Of a stretch of DNA of 64,000 nucleotides, positions 50,490 through 61,486 are shown piece by piece. Location of the stretch: contig OY970208.1 of assembly GCA_963713865.1 (NCBI GenBank), positions 2,464,001-2,528,000 on the forward strand. The letters run 5' to 3'. How positions within the stretch are numbered: position 1 is the stretch's first letter; the number at the start of each line of letters is the position of its first letter. The translations under genes and the position numbers were made by a program. The notes beneath the pieces were generated by a model. That model searched no databases. It was not told the DNA's origin and was given only the letters and a program-made list of their open reading frames with translations. This DNA comes from an uncultured candidate division Zixibacteria bacterium. GTDB taxonomy: Bacteria > Zixibacteria > MSB-5A5 > RBG-16-43-9.

Positions 50490-51641
50490 CTATTGAGTCT
50501 CTTCTCCTTTTGAATTCGAAGATTTATACTCCTCTAAAAATTGTTTCCTCCATTTTGTGAAAAATCCTTGCATAATCGACTCTCTTATCTCTCTCATCAG
50601 GCTAAGATAAAAATGTAAGGAGTGAATGGTAGCCAATCTCAGCCCGGCTATTTCCCCGCTTTGAAAAAGGTGTCTTAAATAAGCACGGGAATAATTCTTA
50701 CAAGCCAGACAGTCACAATTTTCATCTATGGGAGTGAAATCCTCCGCATACCTGGCAGCTTTGATAATCATCTTCCCCTTGCGAGTAAAGATCGTTCCGT
50801 TACGTGCATTTCTGGTAGGCAGAACGCAATCGAACATATCCACTCCGACAGAAACCCCTTCCACAATATCCTCCGGAGTGCCCACTCCCATTAAATATCT
50901 GGGCTTATCCTCCGGCAAATATTTTAGAGTTTGATCAACGATCTCCAGCCTCATATCTTTAGGTTCTCCCACTGAAAGACCGCCTAAAGCCAGCCCTGAG
51001 AAGTCCAGATCTACCATAAAACTGGCACACAGCTCCCTGAGGTTCGGATAAATCCCGCCTTGAATTATTCCGAAAAGAGTTTGCTTTTCTTTTTTCTCAT
51101 TTTTTTCATGCTCGAATTTAGACCTTTTTGCCCAGTCCATGGTGAATTCAGTTGCTCTTCTGGTAAAAGGATAGGAAGAGGGGTAAGGGACGCATTCATC
51201 TAAAGGCATAATGATATCCGCACCCAACGAATGTTGTATCTCTATAACCTTTTCCGGAGTGAACTGATGAGAAGAACCATCCAAATAAGATTTAAAACTA
51301 ACCCCTTCCTCAGATACTTTAGCTAAGGGATTCAAACTAAAAACCTGATACCCTCCGCTATCCGTTAGCATAGGTTTTTTCCAGCTCATAAAACTATGCA
51401 GCCCCCCAGCTCTCTCAATTAATTTATGTCCGGGTCGGAGATATAGATGATAGGTATTACCCAGGATTAGCTCCGCCCCTAAATCTTCCATCTCTTTTGA
51501 GCACAGGGTCTTGATTGAAGCCTGAGTTCCCACTGGCATAAAAACCGGGGTGTTTATCTCTCCATGCGGGGTATCCAGCCAGCCTGCCCGGGCAGAAGAT
51601 TCTTCATCCTTTTTTACAATCTTAAAATCGAAACTATTCAA
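50490..51641 (-). CDS. tgt: Queuine tRNA-ribosyltransferase
   Basis: TPVFMPVGT, NTYHL, DSGGYQ, PRYLMGVG, DMFDCV, CxCxxC. Confidence 0.96.
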   Translation of the reverse strand: MNSFDFKIVKKDEESSARAGWLDTPHGEINTPVFMPVGTQASIKTLCSKEMEDLGAELILGNTYHLYLRPGHKLIERAGGLHSFMSWKKPMLTDSGGYQVFSLNPLAKVSEEGVSFKSYLDGSSHQFTPEKVIEIQHSLGADIIMPLDECVPYPSSYPFTRRATEFTMDWAKRSKFEHEKNEKKEKQTLFGIIQGGIYPNLRELCASFMVDLDFSGLALGGLSVGEPKDMRLEIVDQTLKYLPEDKPRYLMGVGTPEDIVEGVSVGVDMFDCVLPTRNARNGTIFTRKGKMIIKAARYAEDFTPIDENCDCLACKNYSRAYLRHLFQSGEIAGLRLATIHSLHFYLSLMREIRESIMQGFFTKWRKQFLEEYKSSNSKGEETQ

Positions 51642-51643
51642 AT

Positions 51644-52219
51644 CTAATCTTTCTCTTTTTTAATAAACCCGTATCCGCCTAACCTCTTGGAAAGACCCCC
51701 CCAGTACTCCTGAGCTTTTGTGCAGTAAACCAGGGGTTTAAGCTTGTTTATATCCGGCCTGTCCTGTTTATCCAAATATTCCTCATCTGCGTGAGTGGCT
51801 ACTATGTCTGCAACAAAAAGGTCATGCGAGCCTAACTCCAATATATGTCTAACCTGGCATTCCAGGTTAATCGGGCATTCTTTGATTAAAGGAGCTTTAA
51901 CTACAGAACCACCCACCGGGGTGAGATGAGCTTTTTCAAATTTATTCACATCTCTACCCGAATAAGTCCCGCAGAAATCGGTTTGCTTCAAAAGCTCCTC
52001 TGTGGTAAGGTTTACCACAAACTCACCTGATTTCTGGATAATACTATGAGAGAATCTGGATTTGCGAATGCCTAAGGTAAGCATCGGCGGTTCTGAACAG
52101 GCAACTCCTATCCAGGCAGCAGTGATAATATTCGGTTTATTATTCCCCCATTGACAGCTTACCATTACCGCGGGAAGAGGAATAAGCAGAGTTTGGGGTT
52201 TTAATTTCTTTTTAGCCAT
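51644..52219 (-). CDS. Flavin reductase family protein
   Basis: PLPAVMVS, GEFVVN, ECPINLEC, GSHDLF. Confidence 0.85.
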   Translation of the reverse strand: MAKKKLKPQTLLIPLPAVMVSCQWGNNKPNIITAAWIGVACSEPPMLTLGIRKSRFSHSIIQKSGEFVVNLTTEELLKQTDFCGTYSGRDVNKFEKAHLTPVGGSVVKAPLIKECPINLECQVRHILELGSHDLFVADIVATHADEEYLDKQDRPDINKLKPLVYCTKAQEYWGGLSKRLGGYGFIKKEKD

Positions 52220-52275
52220 ATTTTACTCCTTCTTATTTAGCTGGTAGCAGGCAGCTATTAGCTTGTAGCTTTTTA

Positions 52276-53668
52276 CTACTTGCTACCTGCTACTTGCTTT
52301 TTAAATAGTACTGCTAAAGCCTCTTTAATACTTTTTACCCCTGAAATCTCGATCTTGAATTTACCCTTTAAATTCTTCAAATTACCATCTGGAATCACAC
52401 AGCTTTTGAATCCTAACTTTTCCCCTTCTTTAATTCTTCTCTCGATTTGACTTATGCTTCTCACCTCTCCTCCCAAGCCTACCTCACCCATAATCAAAAA
52501 ATCCTTTCTGACCGGAACATTCTTGAAATTAGAGACCACTGCCGCAACTACCCCTAAATCAATGGCTGGTTCATCAATCCAGACTCCCCCAGCCACATTT
52601 ATGAAGACATCTGTGGAGGATACTCTAAGATTTTCTCTTTTTTCTAAAATAGCCAAAAGCAATGAGAGTCTTTTATAATCTATGCCTGAACAAACTCTTT
52701 GAGGCATTCCATAGACTGTAGGCGAAACCAATGCTTGTAATTCCACTAAAAGAGGTTCTGGTTCCCTCTAAGGAACAAACCACCACCGAGCCGGATATGT
52801 CCTCTTCCATCTCAGATAGAAAAAGCTCTGAGGGATTATCTACTTCCTGAAGCCCTTTTTCTTCCATCTGGAAAACACCGATTTCATTGGAAGAGCCGAA
52901 CCGGTTTTTAGCTGACCTCAAAATCCGAAAAGCGTAATTTTTCTCACCTTCAAAATAAAGCACCGTATCCACCATATGTTCTAAAACCCTGGGACCAGCT
53001 AAGGAACCATCCTTGGTTACATGCCCAACCAAGAAAACAGCAACCCCTTTACCTTTGGCAAAATTTATTAGTTTTGAGGCACATTCCCTTATCTGGGAGA
53101 TAGACCCTGGAGCACTCTCCAGATCTGGAGAATAAGTAGTCTGAATCGAATCGACAACTGCCATAGAAGGAGGATTTTTCTCTAGAGCTTCTATGATCGC
53201 ATCTAAGTTCGTTTCAGTTAATATCTCTATTTTATCCGAATCTATCCCCATCCTTAAAGCCCGTAATTTAACCTGCTTTATAGATTCCTCTCCTGTGATA
53301 TACAGAACTCGACCTAAGTTCTCTGCTACTTTTTGACTGGTCTGGAGCAATAGAGTGGATTTCCCAATCCCCGGATCCCCACCCACCAAGACAACTGAAT
53401 CCTTTACAATCCCTCCACCCAAAACCCTATCTAACTCACCTATCCCAGTTTTCATCCTGTCCTCTTCCCCGAATTTAACCTGGCTTAAAGGAAGTGGAGT
53501 AGTTCTTAATTCATATCTTTCAATTCTTTTTTCTTTTTTCCTGGATACTTTTTCCTCAACCAGACTATTCCAGGAAAGACAATCCGGACATTTCCCCATC
53601 CATTTGGGAAAACTGCTTCCGCAGGATTGACAGATGAAAACCGTTTTTAATTTATCAACACCAGCCAT
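52276..53668 (-). pseudogene. radA: DNA repair protein RadA/Sms split by a +1 frameshift (true lesion or sequence error)
   Basis: C4 zinc finger, GDPGIGKST and KNRFG in the first frame; Lon-like domain in the second; extra base at 52756/52757 breaks EGTRPLLVE. Confidence 0.88.
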
Positions 53669-53831
53669 AAATTTTGCTATTTGCTATTGGCTTTTCGCTT
53701 TTTGCTCAAACCATCCCGTCGGGTCAGGGGACCCGATGGTCACATTAAATTTGCTTGAAGCTTTGTGTTTTAGCTCCTTGCTGCAAGCTACCTGCTACTT
53801 GCTTTTTATTTTCCTTTTTCCATCTTCCTTT

Positions 53832-54581
53832 TTATGTTAATGTAGGAATTGGTCCCTCAGACGATCCTTCAATAAATTGTCTGACCACCGGGTCAGTTGT
53901 ATTTTTTGTCTCCTCGGGCGTCCCGGTAAATACGATCTTACCCTCATACAGCATAGCGATCCGGTCTGCTATTTTATAGGCGGAAACTATATCGTGCGTA
54001 ACTGCTATGGAGGTTATTGATAGCGTATTTCTGAGGGTAATTATCAACTCGTTGATCACATCCGCCATAATCGGGTCCAGACCCGTGGTAGGCTCATCAT
54101 ACAGAACGAACTCCGGGTCCATAGCAATAGCCCTTGCCAGCCCCACTCTTTTTTTCATCCCGCCGGAAAGCTCAGCTGGTTTTAAATCCTCTACCCCGGC
54201 CATACCCACCAATCTTAATTTCTCTTTGACAACTTCTCCTATCTTCTCTTTTCCTAGATGGGTATGTTCCGTTAATCCTAAGCCAACATTCTCCTCCACC
54301 GTCATCGAATCAAAAAGGGCTGAACCCTGAAAGAGCATCCCAAACCTTTTACGCAGATGATACAGCTTTTCATCATTATATGCAGTTATCTCTTCACCAT
54401 CGATAAAAATCTTACCCTTGTCCGGCCTCATCAGCCCGATGATATGTTTCAAAAGAACGCTTTTGCCACACCCGCTCCTGCCGAGAATGACGATAGTTTC
54501 CCCTTTATCTATATTCAGGTCTACTCCATTCAAGACCTGATTTCCGCCAAAACTTTTGTATAACTCTTTTATCTCAATCAT
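53832..54581 (-). CDS. mlaF: MlaF/Ttg2A-family ABC ATPase
   Basis: GRSGCGKS, LFQGSALFDSM, LSGGMKKR, YDEPTTGLDP. Confidence 0.85.
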   Translation of the reverse strand: MIEIKELYKSFGGNQVLNGVDLNIDKGETIVILGRSGCGKSVLLKHIIGLMRPDKGKIFIDGEEITAYNDEKLYHLRKRFGMLFQGSALFDSMTVEENVGLGLTEHTHLGKEKIGEVVKEKLRLVGMAGVEDLKPAELSGGMKKRVGLARAIAMDPEFVLYDEPTTGLDPIMADVINELIITLRNTLSITSIAVTHDIVSAYKIADRIAMLYEGKIVFTGTPEETKNTTDPVVRQFIEGSSEGPIPTLT

Positions 54582-54842
54582 TTTTTAGCTGGTAGCTATT
54601 AGCTTGTAACTTTTTAAAACCTTTGAACTATTGAACTTTCAGTGTTTGCCAGGTCCCCTGACCTGGCAATTTTCCCGTCGGGTCAGGGGACCCGACGACC
54701 ACATAAACTTTCTTTTTTAGCTCCTTGCTACATGCTACCTGCTCCTTGCTTTTTGTTTTTTTATCCCTTGAACAATTGAACTTTTGAGCCTTTGAACCTA
54801 TTATTTCTGCTTTTAGCTACAAGCTACCTGCTCCTTGCTTTT

Positions 54843-55619
54843 CTAAGTTCCAAACAAAAACGATGCCAGTATATAGTCCGTAATCAAAATCATCACGCTG
54901 GCTAATACCACTGCCCGGGTAGTTGATCTTCCTACCCCTTCAGCCCCGCCTTCAGTTTTAAACCCCTGATAACAGCCAACCAGAGCAATTATCCCTCCAA
55001 AGACAAAAGCTTTTAAAAGCCCAGCCCATAAATCCCGCATATGGAAGAAAAGCTTCAGACCATTTAAAAAAGTATAACTGGAAACATTCAAAAAAACAAC
55101 CGAGACCAGAAGACCACCCAATATAGCAATGAAATCTGAAAAGACGGTTAAGACCGGAAGCATTATTATGCCGGACACAAATCTGGGAGTAACTAAATAT
55201 TTAACCGGGTCTAAAGCCAGAGTTTTTAAAGCATCGATCTGCTCCGTAACTTTCATCGTGCCAAGTTCAGCCGCAATAGAAGCACCAACCCTTCCGGCTA
55301 CCACTAAAGCAGTTAAAACCGGCCCCAACTCCATTATTACTGATTTACCCACCGCTGTGCCTAAATATCTCATAGGCACATAATCAGAGAACATATAAGC
55401 CGCCTGAACGCTTGCCACTCCACCGGTGAAGATCGAGGTAACCAGGATCAAAGGTAAAGAATTAACCCCCATATATAGCATCTGCTCTGCAATGAGATGA
55501 AATCTTTTAAAACTGCCTGGCAAACCTAAAATGATATTCTTGATTAAAATCGAGACCCCGCCCACATCTTCAAAAAACAGGGTGGTCTTTCTCCCAACCA
55601 CCCTGAAAGGGTTTTTCAT
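54843..55619 (-). CDS. mlaE: MlaE-family ABC permease
   Basis: ELGPVLTAL, GRVGA, AELGTMKVTEQIDAL, GGAEGVG. Confidence 0.88.
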   Translation of the reverse strand: MKNPFRVVGRKTTLFFEDVGGVSILIKNIILGLPGSFKRFHLIAEQMLYMGVNSLPLILVTSIFTGGVASVQAAYMFSDYVPMRYLGTAVGKSVIMELGPVLTALVVAGRVGASIAAELGTMKVTEQIDALKTLALDPVKYLVTPRFVSGIIMLPVLTVFSDFIAILGGLLVSVVFLNVSSYTFLNGLKLFFHMRDLWAGLLKAFVFGGIIALVGCYQGFKTEGGAEGVGRSTTRAVVLASVMILITDYILASFLFGT

Positions 55620-55669
55620 TTTAAACAACTATACCAACTCCTATGGAAACATATTTGATAGAACTATTT

Positions 55670-57043
55670 TTAAAAAGGTGTTTCGCGATGAATTTCTAAG
55701 TTCTCAAATCGGGCATAATCTTTTATGAAACTTAAAAAAACGCTTCCCGTAGGTCCATTCCGGTGTTTACTTACCAGGATCTCGGCTATACCTTCACTAT
55801 TTTCTTTCTTCCCATAAATATCTATGGTATTTATTCCATACATCTCCGGACGCCACACAAACATAACCAGGTCCGCATCCTGCTCTATGGCTCCGGACTC
55901 CCTTAAATCTGCTAAAAGTGGTCTTTTCTCTCCACCTCTTTTCTCTACTTCCCTGGAAAGCTGGGAAAGAGCTAAAACCGGCACACTCAAATCCTTAGCC
56001 AATCCTTTTAAGGCTCTGGAGATCAAGGAGATCTCCTGCTGGCGATTCTCCGCACCCTTTGGACCCTGCATCAATTGAAGATAATCTATAATTATAAGCC
56101 CGACATTCTCTCTGGCTTTTAGTCGGCGGGCTTTAGCTCTCATCTCTAAGATCCCGATGCTGGGAGTATCATCTAAAAAGATTTTAGCCTCAGATAAAGG
56201 ACCAGCCGCAATCGAAAGGTTAGCCCACTCATGGTCAGACAGCTTTCCGGTTCTCATCCGGTGAGCAGATATGCGTGCCCGGCTGCACAACATCCGGTTG
56301 GCTAACTGATTTTTAGCCATCTCCAAACTGAAAATAGCCACAGGTGTTTTTGCTTCAATCGCCACATATTCCGCTATGGATAAGCTGACTGAGGTCTTAC
56401 CCATAGAAGGTCTGCCAGCCACAACTACTAAATCGGAAGGCTGTAAACCGGCAGTTAAACTATCTAAGTCTTTAAATCCAGTAGGAAGTCCGGTGATCTG
56501 TCCTTCCCTGATCTTATCTATCGATTCAAAAGTATGCGGTAAGATCTCTCCTAAATGCACAAAACCCTGTTTAACCCTTTTCTCCGAGATATCGAACACT
56601 TTCTGTTCAGCCGCATCTAAAAGATCATCCACCTCCTCGGTTAAATCGTAACATCTGGTGATTATCTCTGTAGTCGCCTGGATCAGTTTTCTTAAAGTCG
56701 CTTTTTCTAAAACTATTTTGGAGTGATATTCGATATTGGCTGAGGAAACTACATTGCCAGCTAAATCCAGTAGAGCCTCCCTCCCGCCTATCTCTTCTAA
56801 CTCACCTCTTTTAGAGAGTTCCTCTGCTAAAGTGATCAGGTCAACCGGCTCATTTCTATCATATAAAGAGACCATAGCCAAAAATATTTTGGCATAAGCT
56901 GGCTTATAAAAACAATACTCATCAATATTCTCCACCGCCAAACCTATAGCCTCCCGGTCCAAAAGCATCGCCCCTAAGACCGATTGTTCAACTTCTATAG
57001 CTTGCGGTGGAACCCTCTCTGTTCCAATCATTTTCTCATTCAT
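55670..57043 (-). CDS. dnaB: Replicative DNA helicase DnaB, no intein
   Basis: EQSVLG, GRPSMGKT, IDYLQL, LSQLSR, DLRESGAIEQDAD; start set at 57043 because the longer extension is short-repeat DNA. Confidence 0.95.
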   Translation of the reverse strand: MNEKMIGTERVPPQAIEVEQSVLGAMLLDREAIGLAVENIDEYCFYKPAYAKIFLAMVSLYDRNEPVDLITLAEELSKRGELEEIGGREALLDLAGNVVSSANIEYHSKIVLEKATLRKLIQATTEIITRCYDLTEEVDDLLDAAEQKVFDISEKRVKQGFVHLGEILPHTFESIDKIREGQITGLPTGFKDLDSLTAGLQPSDLVVVAGRPSMGKTSVSLSIAEYVAIEAKTPVAIFSLEMAKNQLANRMLCSRARISAHRMRTGKLSDHEWANLSIAAGPLSEAKIFLDDTPSIGILEMRAKARRLKARENVGLIIIDYLQLMQGPKGAENRQQEISLISRALKGLAKDLSVPVLALSQLSREVEKRGGEKRPLLADLRESGAIEQDADLVMFVWRPEMYGINTIDIYGKKENSEGIAEILVSKHRNGPTGSVFLSFIKDYARFENLEIHRETPF

Positions 57044-57109
57044 AAACTCTTCGAGTTTAGGTGGTAGGTAAAAGGTTATAGGTTTTAGGTACCTACCCCC
57101 TATCACCTA

Positions 57110-57811
57110 CTACCTATGACCTTTTATTTTATCATATTCACTTCTCAAAAACTGCACATCCTCCCAGGTATCCTTTTTGAATTGTGGGTATCTTAAAAGA
57201 GCGGCTGGATGGTAGGTTACCAGAAATTTTATTCCCTGATAATCATGAAATTCCCCTCTAAGTCGATTTAAAGGAGTATTGGTTTTCAAAAGAGCCTGGG
57301 CAGAAATCCTGCCTAAAGCACAGATAAGTTTTGGCTGGATTAATTTTATCTGTTCTATAAGATAAGGCTCGCATTGTTCGATCTCGTCCGGCAACGGGTC
57401 TCTATTTTCCGGTGGGCGGCATTTTAAGATATTGGCAATATATACCTCTTCCCTTTTGAATTTTATCGCCGCTAAAATCTTATTTAAAAGCTGACCGGCT
57501 CTACCTACAAACGGCTCTCCCTGCAGGTCTTCATCTCTGCCTGGAGCTTCTCCCACGAACATAATATCAGCCTTACTACTTCCAGCGCCAAAAACGAAAT
57601 TGGTTCTGCTTCTATAAAGCTGGCATTTCTGACAATCCTTTATCTTTTGACAAAATTCTTCCAGCAAGTTTTTTTTATTTGGCTTTTTCCGGCATTCGAA
57701 TTTCAGGTCAGAAGGAAGCTGAAACTCATCCACTCCTAAATCCATCTGTTGTTTTAAATATTTTTTTGCTAAGGCAAAAGCCTCAACCATCTGTAAATAT
57801 TTATCTTCCAT
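57110..57811 (-). CDS. Family 4 uracil-DNA glycosylase
   Basis: [28 protein letters not shown]. Confidence 0.92.
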   Translation of the reverse strand: MEDKYLQMVEAFALAKKYLKQQMDLGVDEFQLPSDLKFECRKKPNKKNLLEEFCQKIKDCQKCQLYRSRTNFVFGAGSSKADIMFVGEAPGRDEDLQGEPFVGRAGQLLNKILAAIKFKREEVYIANILKCRPPENRDPLPDEIEQCEPYLIEQIKLIQPKLICALGRISAQALLKTNTPLNRLRGEFHDYQGIKFLVTYHPAALLRYPQFKKDTWEDVQFLRSEYDKIKGHR

Positions 57812-57887
57812 TTTTCTTCAAAATAGGTGTTAAGTTATAGGTCATAGGTTGTAGGAGTTTCCCCTATTACCTATTACCTACCACCTA

Positions 57888-59084
57888 TCACCTTTTTAAA
57901 AGTTTAGCAACCCGAACAATTATCTTCTCTGCCAGCTCTCTTTTAGACATTAAGGGTAATTTCTCGATCTTCCCTTTTTTATCTATCAAAGTAGCGATAT
58001 TGGTATCAACTTCAAATCCTGCCCCTTGGCGATCGGGATTATTTACCGCGATCAGGTCCAGATTTTTTTCTTTTAATTTTAATTTAGCATTTTTGATCTC
58101 ATTTTCGGTTTCTACAGCAAAACCAACCAGGACTTTTTTACCTTTTCTCTTGCCCATCTCTTTGAGTATATCCGGAGTGGGCTTGAGTTTTAAATCCAGC
58201 TCTGCATCTTCTTTTTTTATCTTGCCTCTTGAAATCTTTTGAGGCGCAAAATCAGAAACTGCGGCAGTCATAATCAGAACATCAGATTTCCCGAAGTTTT
58301 TCTGGACTGCCTTATACATCTCCTGTGTAGTTCTGATCTTGACCAGATTAATTCCGGGAGATGGAAAAAGATTAGTTGGACCGCTGATCAAAGTCACCTT
58401 CGCCCCTCTTCTAAAAGCCTCCTCCGCTATGGCATAACCCATCTTCCCGGAAGAGCGATTGGATAAAAACCTAACTGCATCAATAGGCTCCTCAGTTCTG
58501 GAAGCTGTAATCAAAATCGACTTTCCGGTTAGATCTTTTTTCTCTACTAACATTTTTATGACTTCATTTTGAATCTCCTCTGGTTCCGCCATTCTCCCTC
58601 TGCCAACATCACCACAAGCCAGGTTTCCAATTCCAGGTTCAATGAACCTGTATCCTAATTTTTTAAGCTTTTCGATATTTTGCTGACAGACAGGATTCTC
58701 GTACATATTCACATTCATTGCTGGAGCTAAAAGAACTGGTGCCTTGGTGGAACTTATAACCGTGGTCAGGATGTCATCTGCCATCCCGGAAGAGATTTTT
58801 CCTATCAGATTATAGGTAGCTGGAGCAACCAAAACCAGATCCGCCCAATGGGCTAAATTTATGTGCCTGGTGCCAACCATCCGGTGCTGTGGAAACATTT
58901 CCGTAACCACCTCATTTTCAGATAAAGTCTCCATCGTCAAAGGAGTGATGAAATTCGCACCTGCCTGGGTCATAACCACCTGAACTTCTGCCCCTATTTT
59001 TTTCAAACGTCTGCAAACTTCAGCCGCTTTATAAGCCGAAATCCCCCCTCCTATCCCTAAAATTATCTTCTTACCTTTTAACAT
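57888..59084 (-). CDS. coaBC: Phosphopantothenoylcysteine decarboxylase/ligase CoaBC
   Basis: GGISAYK, APAMN, LACGD.G.GRM, NRSSGKMG, AAVSDF, GFAVET. Confidence 0.95.
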   Translation of the reverse strand: MLKGKKIILGIGGGISAYKAAEVCRRLKKIGAEVQVVMTQAGANFITPLTMETLSENEVVTEMFPQHRMVGTRHINLAHWADLVLVAPATYNLIGKISSGMADDILTTVISSTKAPVLLAPAMNVNMYENPVCQQNIEKLKKLGYRFIEPGIGNLACGDVGRGRMAEPEEIQNEVIKMLVEKKDLTGKSILITASRTEEPIDAVRFLSNRSSGKMGYAIAEEAFRRGAKVTLISGPTNLFPSPGINLVKIRTTQEMYKAVQKNFGKSDVLIMTAAVSDFAPQKISRGKIKKEDAELDLKLKPTPDILKEMGKRKGKKVLVGFAVETENEIKNAKLKLKEKNLDLIAVNNPDRQGAGFEVDTNIATLIDKKGKIEKLPLMSKRELAEKIIVRVAKLLKR

Positions 59085-59150
59085 CTTTTTTTCTCCCCCT
59101 CAAACTTTTTCTATTTTAAATCTTTTTCTTTTGAACTTTTAAACTATGTA

Positions 59151-59612
59151 TTATTTACTATCCTGCTCCATCCAGAAAAAGCTATTTGTGCTTTTTCTCA
59201 AACTATTATCCGAGAAAAATAAAAGATTGGTTAAATTTTTAATGGTCTCTAAATCTACCTTTTCCTTTCCCAGGGCTAAAGATTTACTGATTAAAATCTC
59301 TATCTCTTTTCTGTCTAAAAGACCTAATTCCTCTATCTGATATAAAAACCCATAACCCTCTGAGGTAAAATATTCTTCTTTGAAACCTTTTAGCCAGCCA
59401 CAGAGATTACTTTTTTCATTTTCAAGTTTAGAGAATTTTTCTGGCTTGTTTAAGAGCCAGAGGTAAGCTTTTTTGATCTCTTTTTCAGAAAACCCCAATT
59501 CCATTAAATCCTTAAAAACTTTTACCAGATCTCCTACCTTACCCTGATTGCTCTTGGCATATTGGGCTAAATAGATGATTATGTCTATAACTTTGTTTTC
59601 TAAATCTTCCAC
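59151..59612 (-). CDS. DUF494/Smg-like protein
   Basis: KVIDIIIYL, LGFSEKEIKKAYLWL, GFLYQIEELGLL; GTG start after GAGGTG. Confidence 0.65.
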   Translation of the reverse strand: MEDLENKVIDIIIYLAQYAKSNQGKVGDLVKVFKDLMELGFSEKEIKKAYLWLLNKPEKFSKLENEKSNLCGWLKGFKEEYFTSEGYGFLYQIEELGLLDRKEIEILISKSLALGKEKVDLETIKNLTNLLFFSDNSLRKSTNSFFWMEQDSK

Positions 59613-59725
59613 GTAAATTTCACCTCGTAAATAATTTATCATAAACCTAAACTAAAATCAAGTAATTATTTTTAAAGAAAAAAATCGTTTCCCTTGATAG
59701 GAAAGGCGAGACTATCAATTTCCTC

Positions 59726-59836
59726 TGTCATTGCGAGGAGTCTCACCGAAAATGCACGACGAAGCAATCTGTTTTGTAGGGACAGAATCTCGCCTCAGGC
59801 GGATTCTGTCCTTACGTCTCTCGGTTCGCAATGACT
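59726..59836. repeat. GTCATTGCGAG...GCAATCT long palindromic element (representative copy)
   Basis: TGTCATTGCGAGGA...CGAAGCAATCT...TCGCAATGAC; relatives near 38039-38133, 42684-42727, 45486-45530 and 27407-27440. Confidence 0.7.
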
Positions 59837-59888
59837 ATTATGCTAACTCACAGCATTTATATGAAAACCAATTTCTCACAGGAAATCA

Positions 59889-61466
59889 TCAATGCTTGAA
59901 ATGTCTTATCCCGGTGAAAACCATAGCTATCTGGTGTTCATTGGCCGCTTTAATAACCTCAGGGTCTCCTTTTGAACCACCTGGCTGGATAATCGCCTTC
60001 ACTCCAGCTTTAGCTGCCTCATCCAACCCATCTCTCATCGGGAAAAAAGCATCCGACGCTAAAATCGAGCCTTTAGCTCTTTCACCCGCTTTTATAGCTG
60101 AGATTATGACTGAATCCACCCGGCTCATCTGCCCTGCACCAACTCCTACGGTTTTCTCGCCCTGCACTAAGACGATGGCATTCGATTTTACATGCTTGAC
60201 TACTTTCCAGGCAAAAAGCAAAGATTTAATCTGCTCCGGAGTAGGTTGTACCTGGGTTACAACTTTCAAATCGCTCTCTTTAAGTTCGTGTTCATCTGCA
60301 TCCTGAAGAAGAGCTCCACCCTTAATAATCTTATAAGTTTTCTGCCCTTTAACTTTTCCTTTTAAAATTTCCGGACAGGCTAAGAACCTTCGATTTTTCT
60401 TTTTGATTAGAAGTTCTAAAGCTTTATCTTCATACCCTGGAGCGAGCACACATTCCACAAAAAAGGTTTCATCTATTTTTTTTGCAGTTTCCAGATCTAC
60501 AATCCGGTTTAATCCAATAACAGAGCCAAAAGCTGAGACCGGGTCTGAAGCTAAGGCATCTTCATAGGCTTGAGCTAAAGTATCTGCACCAGCTGACCCG
60601 CAGGGATTGGTATGCTTGAGGATACAAGCAAAGGGTCTTTTAAAATCTCCGATCATGTTTAAAGCTGCATCTAAATCCACAATGTTATTATAGGAAAGTT
60701 CTTTGCCGGATAAAATTTTTGAAGCAGGTATACTTGCCTCTGCAAAACCTGGAGCTTTATAAAGCGCTGCCTTTTGATGTGGATTTTCACCATATCTCAA
60801 ATCTTGCACCTTTTCATAAAATAGAGTCAAATATGAAGAAAACCTGTCCTCTTTTATCGCCTTCTTTTCAAAGTAATTGGCAATAGCTCCATCATAATAA
60901 GCTGTATGTTTGAAAGCTTCCAAGGCTAAATCGTATCTGGAAGAAAGGCTCAGGCTCCCCTTCTTCTCTTTGAGCTCCTGAATTATTCTATCATAACTTT
61001 CAGGGCTGGTAATTATAGCGACATAATTGAAATTTTTTGCGGCCGCTCTAATCAGACTCACTCCTCCGATATCTATATTCTCTATAGCTTCTGTATCTGT
61101 GACTTCTGGTTTGGAGATGGTCTTTTCAAAAGGATAAAGATTTACCACCACCAGGTCTATGAGTTTTAATTTTTGTTCCCTTATCTCTTTTTTATGCTCC
61201 TTATCTTCTCGTAAGGCTAAGATTCCGCCAAATACCTTAGGATGTAAAGTCTTAACCCGACCTCCTAAGATTTCAGGAAATTCAGTAAAAGAAGAGATGG
61301 AGACGGCCTGGATGCCGTTCTTCTTGAGTTCATTTAAAGTCCCGCCAGTGGAGATGATCTCAACTCTTAAACTTTGTAGCTGACGAGCGAATTCAACCAA
61401 GCCTTTCTTGTCTGAAACACTAATCAACGCTCTTTTTATTTTAATTGTTCCTTTTTCTTCAGACAT
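59889..61466 (-). CDS. purH: AICAR transformylase/IMP cyclohydrolase PurH
   Basis: ALISVSDK, GRVKTLHP, LRYGENPHQ, KHTNPCG, SDAFFP, RHFKH. Confidence 0.97.
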   Translation of the reverse strand: MSEEKGTIKIKRALISVSDKKGLVEFARQLQSLRVEIISTGGTLNELKKNGIQAVSISSFTEFPEILGGRVKTLHPKVFGGILALREDKEHKKEIREQKLKLIDLVVVNLYPFEKTISKPEVTDTEAIENIDIGGVSLIRAAAKNFNYVAIITSPESYDRIIQELKEKKGSLSLSSRYDLALEAFKHTAYYDGAIANYFEKKAIKEDRFSSYLTLFYEKVQDLRYGENPHQKAALYKAPGFAEASIPASKILSGKELSYNNIVDLDAALNMIGDFKRPFACILKHTNPCGSAGADTLAQAYEDALASDPVSAFGSVIGLNRIVDLETAKKIDETFFVECVLAPGYEDKALELLIKKKNRRFLACPEILKGKVKGQKTYKIIKGGALLQDADEHELKESDLKVVTQVQPTPEQIKSLLFAWKVVKHVKSNAIVLVQGEKTVGVGAGQMSRVDSVIISAIKAGERAKGSILASDAFFPMRDGLDEAAKAGVKAIIQPGGSKGDPEVIKAANEHQIAMVFTGIRHFKH

Positions 61467-61486
61467 TCTTAACCTCTTTCCTAAAG

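Noticed and set aside
55670-57043. Intein in DnaB
   Set aside because: Normal length and contiguous motifs
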